From contig CAWHDT010000009.1 of assembly GCA_963828195.1 (NCBI GenBank), positions 96,001 to 160,000 of the forward strand: 64,000 nucleotides of DNA, read 5' to 3'. The stretch comes from Candidatus Bathyarchaeota archaeon. GTDB taxonomy: Archaea; Thermoproteota; Bathyarchaeia; Bathyarchaeales; Bathycorpusculaceae. The notes below the pieces were generated by a model. It saw nothing but the letters and a program-made list of their open reading frames with translations, ran no database searches and had not been told where the DNA came from. A program made the translations under genes and the position numbers. Below are positions 37,208 through 48,077 of this stretch, piece after piece; positions within the stretch are counted from its first letter, which is position 1; every line of letters begins with the position of its first letter.

Positions 37208-38888
37208 ATGGTTGAGTACAAGTGGGTTGCGCTTTCGAATACTACGATAGGTATGCTGATGGCTTCAATAGACAGCACCATCGTTTTGATAGCTTTACCC
37301 GCAATTTTCAGGGGAATTAACCTCAACCCATTTACCTCTTTTCAATATCTGCTCTGGCTATTGTTCGGCTACAGCATCGTAACCGCCACCCTGCTGGTTA
37401 CCTTCGGCAGAATATCTGACATGTTTGGGCGAGTAAGACTCTACAATTTAGGTTTCGCAATCTTCACGGTCGGCTCGGTGCTGTGCTCCATAACTCCCAG
37501 CATGGGCACTTTGGGCGCAACTGAACTTATAGTTTTCAGGATAATCCAAGGAGTCGGCGGAGCTTTCCTCTTCGCAAACGGCGCCGCAATTATAACCGAC
37601 GCGTTTCCTCCTAACGAACGTGGAAAAGCGCTGGGGATAAGTCAGGTAGCTTTCTTGGCAGGTTCGTTGATTGGCTTGGTTCTTGGGGGAGTTCTGGCTG
37701 TTTATGATTGGCGACTCGTGTTCATTGTGAGCGTTCCGGTTGGCGTGGTCGGTACTGTTTGGTCTTATTGGAAACTTAAGGAGCTTGGCACTATCAGGAG
37801 GAATCAGAAACTTGATGTTTGGGGCAACGTAACTTTCGGCGCTGGTTTAACCCTTGTTTTAGTTGGGATCACATATGGTTTGATTCCGTACGGCTCCTCG
37901 TCGATGGGGTGGAGTAGCCCATGGGTAGTCGCTTCTCTTGCGGCTGGAGTTGGGCTTCTTGTTGCGTTCCCATTCGTTGAACAGCACGTGTCTGATCCGA
38001 TGTTCAGGCTTGAACTTTTCAAAATAAGGATATTTAGCGCTGGAAATCTCGCTTCGTTTTTAGGATCCCTAGCAAGAGGCGGCGTGATGATTATGCTTAT
38101 AATCTTGCTTCAGGGTATTTGGCTTCCGTTGCATGGGTATAGCTATGAGTCCACTCCATTCTGGGCAGGTATATTCATGATACCGCTGTCAATTGGCTTT
38201 GTGATTTCTGGTCCGATCAGCGGTTGGCTGTCCGATAAGCATGGTTCAAAATTGCTCGCTACGATGGGTATGGTCGTAGCTGGAATTGCGTTTCTGGCTT
38301 TTGCGTTGTTTCAAGCGAATTTTGAGTATGTCCCATTCGCTATCGTGCTTCTTATAATGGGAATTGGTAACGGTCTGTTCGCTTCCCCCAACATAGCCTC
38401 GATAATGAATTCTGTTCCGCCAGAACACAGAGGAGCCGCATCTGGAATGCGCGCAGCAATTCAGAACAGTGCATCGACGATAAGCATAGCGATATTTTTC
38501 ACTATAATTATCGTTTCGCTTAGCGGCAGTCTCCCCGGAGCCTTAAGCTCCGCCGTTATAAGCGCGGGAGCACCACAGCAGCTTGCGCACACCTTCAGCT
38601 CAACTCCTGCGTCAGGTGCACTGTTCGGTGCGTTTCTAGGCTACAACCCCGTCCAGACAATACTAAATACGCTGCCGTCGTCGGTGGTGAGCTCCATCCC
38701 CAATGCTACGGTTCAGTTCCCTCATAGGAAAAACATTCTTTCCTAACGCGATCTCAGCTCCCTTCATGTCAGCGTTAAGAGTAGCCTTCATTGTCGGCGC
38801 ACTAATGTGCTTTGCAGCCGCAATCTGCTCTGTCCTCAGAGGCAACAAATACGTTCATGGACAACCAACGGGCGACGCTAAAAGATGA
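37208..38888 (+). CDS. MFS drug:H+ antiporter (EmrB/QacA, 14-TM) with a 1-nt frameshift at about 38719-38721
   Basis: [30 protein letters not shown]; last TM continues in another frame ([12 protein letters not shown]..). Confidence 0.85.
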
Positions 38889-39042
38889 GCCATTCAAAGG
38901 ACGCTAAAGTCTAAAATTCTGGAGCAAAAAATAGTTTTTTGTCAGCATCGACTCAATTAGCTTCTTGTCTGTCCATCTAAATAAAGTAATAAAAATTTGT
39001 CTCCAACATTCTTTATTAGGCTCGTTTTTCTTAACAGAATCT

Positions 39043-39471
39043 ATGCCGAAAATCAAAGATATCATGACTAAGACTGTTGTTTCAGCCTTTGTTAGTAACA
39101 GCGTTTTTGAAGCGGCTGAGCTTATGAGTTACAAAAGAGTGAGTTGCTTGGTTATCATGGACAGCGAAGCGCCCATTGGAATAGTTACTGAAAGAGATAT
39201 CGTCAGAAGGGTCGTGGCGAAAAAATTACCGCTGGACACCAAGGTTTCGGAGATTATGTCTAAGTCTCTTATTACAGTTGATCCTGAAGCTTCAATTAAG
39301 AAGGCTGCTAGGCTGATGTCAAGCAACAAAATTCGAAGACTTCCAGTGTTAGAGCAAAACAGATTAGTCGGGATAGTTGTGGCTGCTGATTTTGTGCGGA
39401 ATCTCGGGAAAAAGACAATCTCTGAAGAAATAATAGAAGCTATGGGCCGCTACCCAGCCACTTTTCCATAA
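39043..39471 (+). CDS. CBS-domain pair protein
   Basis: IKDIMT, GIVTERD, KVSEIMS, IRRLPV. Confidence 0.92.
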   Translation: MPKIKDIMTKTVVSAFVSNSVFEAAELMSYKRVSCLVIMDSEAPIGIVTERDIVRRVVAKKLPLDTKVSEIMSKSLITVDPEASIKKAARLMSSNKIRRLPVLEQNRLVGIVVAADFVRNLGKKTISEEIIEAMGRYPATFP

Positions 39472-39607
39472 AGATGTTCTTGCTGATCAAGTTACAAAAT
39501 CTGTGGTCTGCATATGAAGCACTACATGCATGGAAAGCGAAATCTGCCAATAGTTTTTCGGTTGAATGGCGCACTCAAGAAAACCGGCGCTTTCGTAGTT
39601 CTAAGTC

Positions 39608-40474
39608 CTAAAAATCTAATTGTATTTGCGGCGGATTTGGCGGCGGCTGTGTTTCAGGCGGGGGTTCAGGGGAAACTTCGGGTTTAGGTTTTTTGCTCAT
39701 GGAGATTTTTTTGGGGAGGTAAACTGCTGCAAAACCTAAGCCGACAAATATCATCGCGAGTTGTGCGGCTTGGCCAATTTGGTTTGTGGTGGCTACTCCT
39801 AGAAAATCAGTGGCGTCAAATAAGCCGTGGATTAGTGCAAGTACCAAAATGTTTCCTCCTGACCAATAATACGCGATGCACATGGCTAAACCGAAAGTTA
39901 TTAATTCTATAAACGGCAGGACGCTTGCGATGCCATAAGTGAATGCGTAGTAAGCATGAACAGAGGCAAACATTACACTCGAAACAATCGCCAACGGAAT
40001 CCAGTATCTGCCTTTAGAGATGCTGAGTAATCCGCCGTAGATGAAGCCGCGGAAAAGGTACTCTTCAGCTGGACCGACCACAAGTATGGAGACAGGGATC
40101 ATTAGCCATGCAACGTTTGACGGTACGTTAAGTACGGGATTCGGCTTGTTTAGCAGGCTTGCAGCGTGTGGGGCAAAATGCGTTATTATAGTCAAGGCTA
40201 TTATGGAGAGTAAAAGGCCGATTACGGTTAAAACGCCGAATAGTGATAAGCCGAATTTGGCGGCTTCTTTATTGTTTTTGCCCGCTCGATTGAGCAGTTG
40301 CCTGCCGAAGAGGAGGCTGACAACGAGAGCGGGTATTCCATAGACGACCAGGTAGCCCGTTATTGATCCATAACGTATGAAATATTGGGAGTAGACAGCA
40401 ATGTAAATGACTGCTAAGCCTATGAGATAGAATTTCTTTGGTAGAGAGTTGGTGGGAAACATCTTTGCATACAC
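39608..40474 (-). CDS. CPBP/CAAX family intramembrane metalloprotease
   Basis: EEYLFRG, FASVH, HGLFD. Confidence 0.92.
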   Translation of the reverse strand: MYAKMFPTNSLPKKFYLIGLAVIYIAVYSQYFIRYGSITGYLVVYGIPALVVSLLFGRQLLNRAGKNNKEAAKFGLSLFGVLTVIGLLLSIIALTIITHFAPHAASLLNKPNPVLNVPSNVAWLMIPVSILVVGPAEEYLFRGFIYGGLLSISKGRYWIPLAIVSSVMFASVHAYYAFTYGIASVLPFIELITFGLAMCIAYYWSGGNILVLALIHGLFDATDFLGVATTNQIGQAAQLAMIFVGLGFAAVYLPKKISMSKKPKPEVSPEPPPETQPPPNPPQIQLDF

Positions 40475-40776
40475 ACAAACAACAAATTAATGCGGTTGCC
40501 AAATGAGGTTTCAATCCTCTTTGTAAACATTGCGTTTTAAAAAATTGAAGAAGCCAAAAGATTCTTTTTAACCAATCTTATGAGATTCAAGCCGGAACTG
40601 CCCTTCAGATAAAGTCGGTTACCTCTCAGTTAGGAAGGAATATTGAAGATTTTTGCGAGGAGTTGCAAAAAATATTGAAAGAGAGTTCCTAAACAAACGG
40701 GCGATTAGTCGCCTTCTCACAGGGAAGAAAGTTACCTGTAAAGTAAAATGTAATTTTTTACTTTTGTTTAAAGCAA

Positions 40777-40899
40777 TTATTTCTTTCCTTTAGCAGGAAG
40801 CTGCTGTCTCATCTGTTTCTTTTTTGCGTCCTTCTCTCGCTGAGCTTTCTTTTGCTGTTCAAGCTGTGTATTCTTCTTTTTCCTTTTCATAACACTCAT
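40777..40899 (-). CDS. Small Lys/Gln-rich basic protein (40 aa)
   Basis: GGGGTGA SD then MSVMKRKKKNTQLEQQKKAQREKDAKKKQMRQQLPAKGKK; below the ORF-track cutoff. Confidence 0.5.
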   Translation of the reverse strand: MSVMKRKKKNTQLEQQKKAQREKDAKKKQMRQQLPAKGKK

Positions 40900-41438
40900 A
40901 TAGTCACCCCTCACCAAGCAAACAAACGCATCCACATTCTAAAACGTTACCCTTTACCTTCCCATTTCTAGAAGAAAACTTGGAAACTTGCACAATATTT
41001 TATTAATTAATTCAAGAAACGCCAAATTTTTTTCGAGCCAGAAAAAGCTTTCTGAATCTGAATATCAAAAATCAGTTATTTATCTTGCTTAAAGTCAAAA
41101 ACTTGTAGCGATTAAAGTTCTGAGAGAAATCATTATGAACACTGACGATTATTATATTCATTGGAACCGGTAATCACGCTTTGGGCTGTGTCAATCTTTG
41201 ACGATCAAGACTTTGCTTTGCGGATGCGTTTACGAAGAGAAAGATTGGATGCTTGTGAGAATAAAAGAGTGCGAAAGGCATCATAAGCAGCGAACAAGGA
41301 AGCGCGAATACAGGCCAAAAGCCGAATGTAACAGAAATGATACAAAAGGCGAATAAACCTTTAAACGTTGAAAATTGAACAAAAAAGAATAAAGCACTCA
41401 AGGCACATTCTTTCTCGTAAGTTAGAGCGATGTAACCT

Positions 41439-42227
41439 ATGTCCGAACATAAATCCGAATGGCCTGAATCCGGCGATCTCGTAATCGCCACAATAGAGAG
41501 CGTGATGGATTATGGAGCCTACGCTAACCTCGATGAATACAGTAAACGTGGGTTCCTTCATATCTCCGAAATTTCCAGCGCCAGAATAAGAAACGTCCAC
41601 GACTACGTTCGTGAAAAACAAAAAATGGTTCTGAAAGTTCTCCATGTAAACCTTGAGAAAGGCCACATTGACTTATCTCTCAGACGCGTTACAAAACGTG
41701 AAAGGATTGAAAAAATCAAAGCTTGGAAAAGAGATCGCAAGGGCGAAGTCCTTCTGCGTGCTGTTTCAGAAAAAGTTGGGTTGCCGGTTCATGAAGTTTA
41801 CCAGAAAGCAGGTATTATTCTTGAAGAAAGCGTCGGTTTATATGATGGCTTTGAAAAAGCTCTCAAAGACGGCGCAGAAGCCCTAACTAAACTGGGCGTA
41901 CCTGAAGATATCGCCAAAGCTTTTGTTCAAGTTGCCGAAGAACGCATCCATATCAAAATGGTGAAAGTCAGAGGCACACTTGAAATTCGATGCATGAAAC
42001 CCAACGGCGTTAAATGCATTCAATCAGCATTCATCGATGCAAAGAAAGCGCAAAAAGCTAAAGACGCTAAAATCGAATTTTGCGTGATTGCCGCTCCTAG
42101 ATATAGCGTGGAAGTCTCGGCTGATAACTGGAAACGCGCTGAAGATCTTCTGGATGAAGTAAGCCAAGGCGTAGTCTCCAACATCACTAAGGCAGGCGGA
42201 CACGGTTCCTTTAAACGAGAGAAATAG
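41439..42227 (+). CDS. eif2a: Translation initiation factor 2 alpha subunit (aIF2-alpha)
   Basis: WPESGDLVIAT S1 domain, GFLHISEI, GHIDLSLRRV, AAPRY. Confidence 0.96.
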   Translation: MSEHKSEWPESGDLVIATIESVMDYGAYANLDEYSKRGFLHISEISSARIRNVHDYVREKQKMVLKVLHVNLEKGHIDLSLRRVTKRERIEKIKAWKRDRKGEVLLRAVSEKVGLPVHEVYQKAGIILEESVGLYDGFEKALKDGAEALTKLGVPEDIAKAFVQVAEERIHIKMVKVRGTLEIRCMKPNGVKCIQSAFIDAKKAQKAKDAKIEFCVIAAPRYSVEVSADNWKRAEDLLDEVSQGVVSNITKAGGHGSFKREK

Positions 42228-42235
42228 GTGAATAA

Positions 42236-42574
42236 ATGAGAGAACCAATTGACAAAGTAATTTGGGGTCACGTAGAAAAACTTGGCAGAGGCACCCGAGC
42301 AAACTATGAACCTGGCAAAAAAACCATTACTTTCTGCTTCAAGAGAGGCGAAGAGACTTCAAGTGAGCAACTAAGGAAATTACGCGAACAACTTATGGAT
42401 GAATTAAAACAACTAGGCTACGCTAGCCACATGAAATACAACGGGGAAGTAATTGCGGAAAACATAGAAGAACAAGATGTAGTTCTAACCAGAAAAAATC
42501 ACCAGCTCTCAATTCGCCTAAGCAAGAAGGGTTCTGGAGAAAAAGAAAAGGACGTTTCAGAGCAGCCGACTTAA
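42236..42574 (+). CDS. Hypothetical protein
   Basis: 112-aa ORF with GGTGA SD directly after aIF2-alpha. Confidence 0.7.
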   Translation: MREPIDKVIWGHVEKLGRGTRANYEPGKKTITFCFKRGEETSSEQLRKLREQLMDELKQLGYASHMKYNGEVIAENIEEQDVVLTRKNHQLSIRLSKKGSGEKEKDVSEQPT

Positions 42575-42711
42575 CTTTTCCCATAGGGAACAACTTTAGG
42601 AACGAAAGCTTTGACGACGAGACCTTAGCCAGCGCAGGCTTAATATGCAGCTTTTGTATGGCTAAATATGGTGCAGATAAGAGTTTTCATTGAAATCCAC
42701 GGTGAATATAA

Positions 42712-43719
42712 CTGTTAACTATTACCCAACTTAGGAAGCATGAAGAAGGAAGATGGCAATCCGATACGTTAGAGTCTCTGCCAGAGAAGATTAGTGAAGG
42801 TTCTGTGTTGTGGGTTGATGTTGAGGACCCGTCGGACGCAGAAATCAATGCTCTCCAAAGCAATTTCAAGTTAGATGAACTATGTATTAAGGAATTGACT
42901 GCAGAAGGACAAAGATCGAGCATTGAGGAGCAAGAGAGCCATGTAGCCTGCCTTCTTAATTTTCCTAAAAGAGACGGCTTTGTTTCCGATGGGAAAATGG
43001 AAAGTCTCGCGTTATTGGTGGGCAAAAAGTGGATTATCACGGTTCACAATGGTTACTCAGATATAACATGTGCCGTTTACAAAAAAATTAGCACACATGG
43101 TTATTTTGCACTTTCACTTGCGCCTTCCACCGATATCCTGTTATATATATTCTTAGATTTAACCACAAATGAGTACTTTTTGATCTCTGATTTAATCCAT
43201 GAAAAACTGCTGAATCTGACTAAAAAGGCAGGAGCACTCTTTAGGGAAAGACCGAGAACGTTGGATACAAGCTTCGGAGCAGAAATCACGAAGTCAAGAG
43301 ACCGAGTGTTGACCCTGAGGCAATCCATAGGCCCAATGCGTGAAATAATGGGAAAAATAACTAGGGGCGAGTTTGCCCTTGTTTCCAGCAATTCAATGCC
43401 CCGTTTTGAGGATCTGTACGATAGAACAATCTCCCTGATTGAGGTGGTGGATAACCATCGTGAAGAACTTAGGGATATAACTGATACCTTGATTAATGTT
43501 CAAACCTTAACCACCAACAACATAGTCAGAGTCCTCACCATTATTTCAGCGATTTTTCTTCCCTTAGCCTTGATTGCCGAGATATACGGGACCAACTTCG
43601 GAAGAGGATATCTTGTGCCCGGCAGCAGTAGCTCGTCTGGCTTCTATATTATGGTCGCAATAATGATAAGCGTGGCAGTAACCCTTATTGTGACTTTCAG
43701 AAGAAGAGGCTGGCTATAA
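42712..43719 (+). CDS. corA: CorA-family Mg/Co transporter (probable CTG start at 42712; track start 42805)
   Basis: LWVDVEDPS, RVLTIISAIFLP, YGTNF (variant of GMN), RRRGWL end. Confidence 0.88.
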   Translation: MLTITQLRKHEEGRWQSDTLESLPEKISEGSVLWVDVEDPSDAEINALQSNFKLDELCIKELTAEGQRSSIEEQESHVACLLNFPKRDGFVSDGKMESLALLVGKKWIITVHNGYSDITCAVYKKISTHGYFALSLAPSTDILLYIFLDLTTNEYFLISDLIHEKLLNLTKKAGALFRERPRTLDTSFGAEITKSRDRVLTLRQSIGPMREIMGKITRGEFALVSSNSMPRFEDLYDRTISLIEVVDNHREELRDITDTLINVQTLTTNNIVRVLTIISAIFLPLALIAEIYGTNFGRGYLVPGSSSSSGFYIMVAIMISVAVTLIVTFRRRGWL

Positions 43720-44114
43720 AATCGGCTCTAAAGCTCAATATCCAATCTCGAGTTTTTAAGATACTCTATCACGTTAAACAAGCGACGTGTACGTCAAATG
43801 CTCAAAGGCGCTCACGGTATGAATAGTCTGCCTGCAGACTTCGCCGTCAATATTACATTCGCGTTGCGCTTTCCACAATCGGCATTTGTGCTCTCATGGG
43901 GATTCCTCTCCATGTAACCAAACGATACAGCAAAAACCAGAAGCTAAATCCAGTCTTCGCCACACTTTTCTTTATTGAAAAGTGAGCCTGCTCTCCAGCT
44001 AGTTCAAATCCGCTGGTCTGCTTCAAAAAATTAGTGCGCAAGGTTCAATTGTGTAAGATTTAAATGACTTCTCATTGTTACTTGCTTTCATTAAATATTC
44101 CCTGAGAGCTCTTC

Positions 44115-44813
44115 ATGTCATTGATACCTGCAATCTCTAATCCGTTTCTGGGGGCATTCGCCGGCGGGTTATTATACGGATTGGCAGTTTGCACCGCTGC
44201 ATGCGTACCCTACATTGCAAGTTATATTGCAGGGATAGGCGCTGGGTTCCGCAAAGGCGTTGTTGTTACAATGATTTTTAATTCCGGGCGGATAGCAGCT
44301 TACGCCTTAATCGGCTGTTTGGTCGGTTTGTTTAGCGGTTTGTTCAGATTAGCTCTATCTGATACTGCAATTTCGCCGTTTCAAATTTACTCCTCAATTA
44401 CCTTCAGCGTAGTAACCATGGTTATCGGCGTTAGCGTTCTTCTAAAGTTAAGGACACCATGCGAGTGCAAAACACCAAACAGCAAAACCTCATTTGCCCA
44501 ACGAATGACGGACAGGTATGGGTTTGATTTCGGCGCTTTTTCCCTTGGTTTAAGCAGAGGGCTAATCTTGTGTCCACCGTTGGTAGCCCTTTTGGTTTAT
44601 TCCTTACCTTTCTCAACTCCAATTGGCAGCGTGAGTTTAGCTGTTTTGTTTGGTTTGGGAACTGCCCTTTCTCCGATGTTACTGTTAGGCGGAGCTACTG
44701 GGTGGCTTCTTAACAAGGCACCCTTGCTGCGGAAATGGATTTCAATAGGCGGCGCTGGACTGCTAATACTTCTTGGAGTCGTCGAATTAATAACGGCATT
44801 AACCAAACTCTAA
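44115..44813 (+). CDS. DsbD-like / sulfite exporter TauE-like membrane protein (DsbD_2)
   Basis: CTAAC, GRIAAY, G..RGL.LCPP, FGLGT. Confidence 0.85.
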   Translation: MSLIPAISNPFLGAFAGGLLYGLAVCTAACVPYIASYIAGIGAGFRKGVVVTMIFNSGRIAAYALIGCLVGLFSGLFRLALSDTAISPFQIYSSITFSVVTMVIGVSVLLKLRTPCECKTPNSKTSFAQRMTDRYGFDFGAFSLGLSRGLILCPPLVALLVYSLPFSTPIGSVSLAVLFGLGTALSPMLLLGGATGWLLNKAPLLRKWISIGGAGLLILLGVVELITALTKL

Positions 44814-44873
44814 AAGTCTAAAATATGTCAAAACAGCTCGAAAGAAAGAATTAGGAAAATCAACCACACACCA

Positions 44874-46091
44874 CTAATTTTGTTCTAACCAGTTTCTCGA
44901 TTTCATCATTGTTTGTCCTGCAAACTTTATTTCCAATGCATCGTCATATGGACATGCTTCGACGCATCGTGCGCAGAGGATGCATCTGGATTCGGTTACG
45001 TCGCCGCCTTTCTTCTCGAACACGTCGGTTGCTTGGGTTGGGCAGACGCGTTTGCAGACTCCGCATTTGGTGCATTTTTCTTGGTTTTTGGTGAGTTTGG
45101 TCATGGCGATTTGCTTGAAGGGGGTGAAAGTGCTGAATAACGCGGTTAAGCCGCCTAACGGGCAGATTCTGCACCAAAACCGCCTGTAGACAAAAGCTAA
45201 AGCCGTCACTGCAATTAAGACAGATAAATTAATCGACGTAACGTAAAAACCAACAATCCAATCGGGCCCATAGACTATTTTCGAGACGTAGGACCACTTC
45301 ATTTCGCCTAAAGCGCACTCAATTAAAATGCAAAGCGGCCTCATTGGACAAACCAGACAGAACGGCTCGTTAAGGGCGCCGACATTTCCCGCTTCAGTTC
45401 CCTCAGGTCCTCCAGGTTTGGTTCCAGGCACAAGTTGCGTGCCGAAAATGGCGTAGGATGCGAAGATGACGCTTAGAATTAGAAAAATTGCAATTATGAC
45501 GTATCGTGATTGTGCAAGTGCTTTATTTGTTTTTGGGGAAAAGCCCAGATGCCGCTGTTTTGTAGCTTTGCGGATTCGGGTTAACACATCCATGTAAAGA
45601 CCGAAGGGGCATAGCCAACCGCAGAAAAACCTTCCCAAAATAATAGCGGCTATGGCGACCAAGGCTATGACTATTCCTATCTTCTCTAAACCCGAAGTAG
45701 AGTAGATGACGTTATAGCCTCTTGGAAAGTTCCAAAAGGGGAAAATGTACGCTTGAAGTTGCCAAATAGGACACGTAACTGTTCGCCCATTAGGATAGTA
45801 ACATGCTAAAACAGGAATCGAGAAACCGTCTGGAAACTGGTTCCCCAAAAAATTTGATCCAACCAGGAGGCTGCGCGGCGAGGGACCCAGTGGCAGAAAC
45901 AGAGGCGTATCAAAGGGACCCAATATTAGCCCCATAAATATTGCGACAACAGCGTTTATTTGAACGAAAACCCTAAGGCTGCTGACTTTGCTGGTCTTAT
46001 CCTTAGCGAGTTTTAAAATGAGGTAAATGCCCACCACTATTATTGCGGCGAAAACGGGTAATACGATGTATGCGGGGTTTGACCACGTCAT
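44874..46091 (-). CDS. NapH/RdxA-like membrane 4Fe-4S polyferredoxin
   Basis: GRFFCGWLCPFG, RRFWCRICPLG, two CxxCxxCxxxCP clusters. Confidence 0.92.
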   Translation of the reverse strand: MTWSNPAYIVLPVFAAIIVVGIYLILKLAKDKTSKVSSLRVFVQINAVVAIFMGLILGPFDTPLFLPLGPSPRSLLVGSNFLGNQFPDGFSIPVLACYYPNGRTVTCPIWQLQAYIFPFWNFPRGYNVIYSTSGLEKIGIVIALVAIAAIILGRFFCGWLCPFGLYMDVLTRIRKATKQRHLGFSPKTNKALAQSRYVIIAIFLILSVIFASYAIFGTQLVPGTKPGGPEGTEAGNVGALNEPFCLVCPMRPLCILIECALGEMKWSYVSKIVYGPDWIVGFYVTSINLSVLIAVTALAFVYRRFWCRICPLGGLTALFSTFTPFKQIAMTKLTKNQEKCTKCGVCKRVCPTQATDVFEKKGGDVTESRCILCARCVEACPYDDALEIKFAGQTMMKSRNWLEQN

Positions 46092-46127
46092 CTTACTTTT
46101 TCCACCTGCTTAATTGCTCAATCATGG

Positions 46128-46832
46128 TTAATTATCACGCCATTTTTTGCCAGCTGTTTTTACTTTAACCACGACTGCAACCACCACCACTGCGACGAAT
46201 GCGGCTGCTATTGCAATAGCTACTGAGTGCTGTTGGTAAAAGGGTACGTTTGAATTGTTCCCAAAATATTCTGTGTGAGCTATGTTTACCGTTCCATTTG
46301 CGTCATCGACGGTTATTGTTCCGTCACGTGAAATAGTCCAGCCCTGCCCTTGAGCCAAAAAGACGTTGTTGTTGACGGTAATGCTCCATTCGGCCCCCGG
46401 ATCAAATTCTGCTATTTTGGGGCTCAGGCCAAGGTTTACGGTTTGCGAGCCCTGCCCTACAACTGTATATCTTAGCCTTACACTTGGTGACGCAGCGTTG
46501 TTGGTTGCCGTGTATGAGAATATTGTTACATTTGAGTTTTGAGCAGAAATCTCCAGGACTGCCAGCGGTTGTGATCTGTTCAACCGCAAATTTGCAAAAA
46601 CCCAAATGTTATTTTCAAATGTAGCATTGGAATAGGTGCCATTTACTCCAAAACTGATGCTGCCATTGTACGCGGGAACAAAAAATATTTCTGAATTGTT
46701 AAAGGCTGTGTTAGTTTGCGCTTGAGCGTAGCGGCAAGTTAAGGGAAAAATGACGATAAAAAGAACTAGTAAAATTCCAACCGAAATTTTAATTAGATTA
46801 ATAGTTGCCAAGCCGCGCACACTGTTAAACAT
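46128..46832 (-). CDS. Secreted protein with C-terminal TM anchor
   Basis: Signal peptide, Asn-rich beta region, terminal TM plus basic tail. Confidence 0.75.
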   Translation of the reverse strand: MFNSVRGLATINLIKISVGILLVLFIVIFPLTCRYAQAQTNTAFNNSEIFFVPAYNGSISFGVNGTYSNATFENNIWVFANLRLNRSQPLAVLEISAQNSNVTIFSYTATNNAASPSVRLRYTVVGQGSQTVNLGLSPKIAEFDPGAEWSITVNNNVFLAQGQGWTISRDGTITVDDANGTVNIAHTEYFGNNSNVPFYQQHSVAIAIAAAFVAVVVVAVVVKVKTAGKKWRDN

Positions 46833-46953
46833 AGTAATCGCAGAGTTTGGCTATTAAGTCTTTTAGTACCAACAGTTTTTGCTTCAGATTCTGTCAGGCA
46901 TTAAGATGACCTTTTTGAAACAATACTGGTCTTTAGTAATTGCTAAAGGCCTT

Positions 46954-47853
46954 TCAGACATCGGCTAAGGTTTTGATGGATGGTCTCTTCTTTTTTGCGT
47001 TGAGATTGCCTTTGTTCTTGAAGTAGTTTACCGCGTAATCAATTGTAAGCTTGAGTTTTTCGCAGAAATTTATAATGCAGAACATAAGTAATATGGCGCC
47101 TGTCCAAACTAACATTGTGCCTTGAATAGCGTAGGGTGTTGCAGGGATTGACGGGTCAGGCGACGTGAACTTGGCGGCTGGAAACAAAAGGAACAATCCA
47201 GAAATTAAAAGAGCAAAAGACGCTACGAATAGAGACAATATTGCCAAAGTAGACGGTGCTTTAAGTTTAGCTACGCTGAAGTGACTCCACAGAATGAAGC
47301 CTATAATCACCATTGAAACTGAAATGTAAAGCAGTTGAGAGTAATTGAGAAATGAGCAGTTGTATTCAGCGCCCATAAATTGTGTGTTGTAGGCGACTCT
47401 TTCAGTTCCCCACGCGTAGGCGCCCCATGGCAGATTCTTTTCCGTAAGGACGTTAATTTGCAGGTAAACAATGACTGCGCATATGGTTCCTGTAACAAGC
47501 AATGTGAAACCGGAGGCTGAAAGAACTGCGCGGCGGCTAACTTTGCCAAAGCTTGAAAGTTTCCAAATAAAAAGACCAGTAAACGCTGAAGCGACTCCAA
47601 TGTCGAATAGTTGAGTGTACTTGAGAAATTGAATTGGCCAGGGCAGATACGTGATATCTCCGTAGACGGCTGTAAACGGTTTTAATTGGAGCCTGTAACC
47701 GTTGATGTAATCCCAGAAAGGATAAGAATTTAAGATTTGTATGAGGAAAAATAAGTATCCTGATAAAACTGAACCAGCTAGAAAAAGTATTTTCCCCAAG
47801 AACCCGTATTTTTTTACGGTTATCTTTCGGGTGTCTTTCCCTATTTTATCCAC
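46954..47853 (-). CDS. Polytopic membrane protein with an internal repeat
   Basis: About 6 TM; repeated FLKYTQL / FLNYSQL segments. Confidence 0.7.
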   Translation of the reverse strand: MDKIGKDTRKITVKKYGFLGKILFLAGSVLSGYLFFLIQILNSYPFWDYINGYRLQLKPFTAVYGDITYLPWPIQFLKYTQLFDIGVASAFTGLFIWKLSSFGKVSRRAVLSASGFTLLVTGTICAVIVYLQINVLTEKNLPWGAYAWGTERVAYNTQFMGAEYNCSFLNYSQLLYISVSMVIIGFILWSHFSVAKLKAPSTLAILSLFVASFALLISGLFLLFPAAKFTSPDPSIPATPYAIQGTMLVWTGAILLMFCIINFCEKLKLTIDYAVNYFKNKGNLNAKKKRPSIKTLADV

Positions 47854-48077
47854 TGATCTTTTTCCCCTTAAATCCGTGATAAAGTCTGTCGTTTGGAATT
47901 AACATTTTGGCTATTTCTGCAACGCAAATTTAAAACTTTGCTGAACCAAAAAAGACCCGAATAAACGCTGAGTCCTATGCAGTTTTTATTTTGCCACAAC
48001 CAAGTAAAATTAAAGCATATATCCTCAAAAAACAAAGCTAACTCCAGAAAGCCATTGAATGGAGAAGTAGGAAAAAC

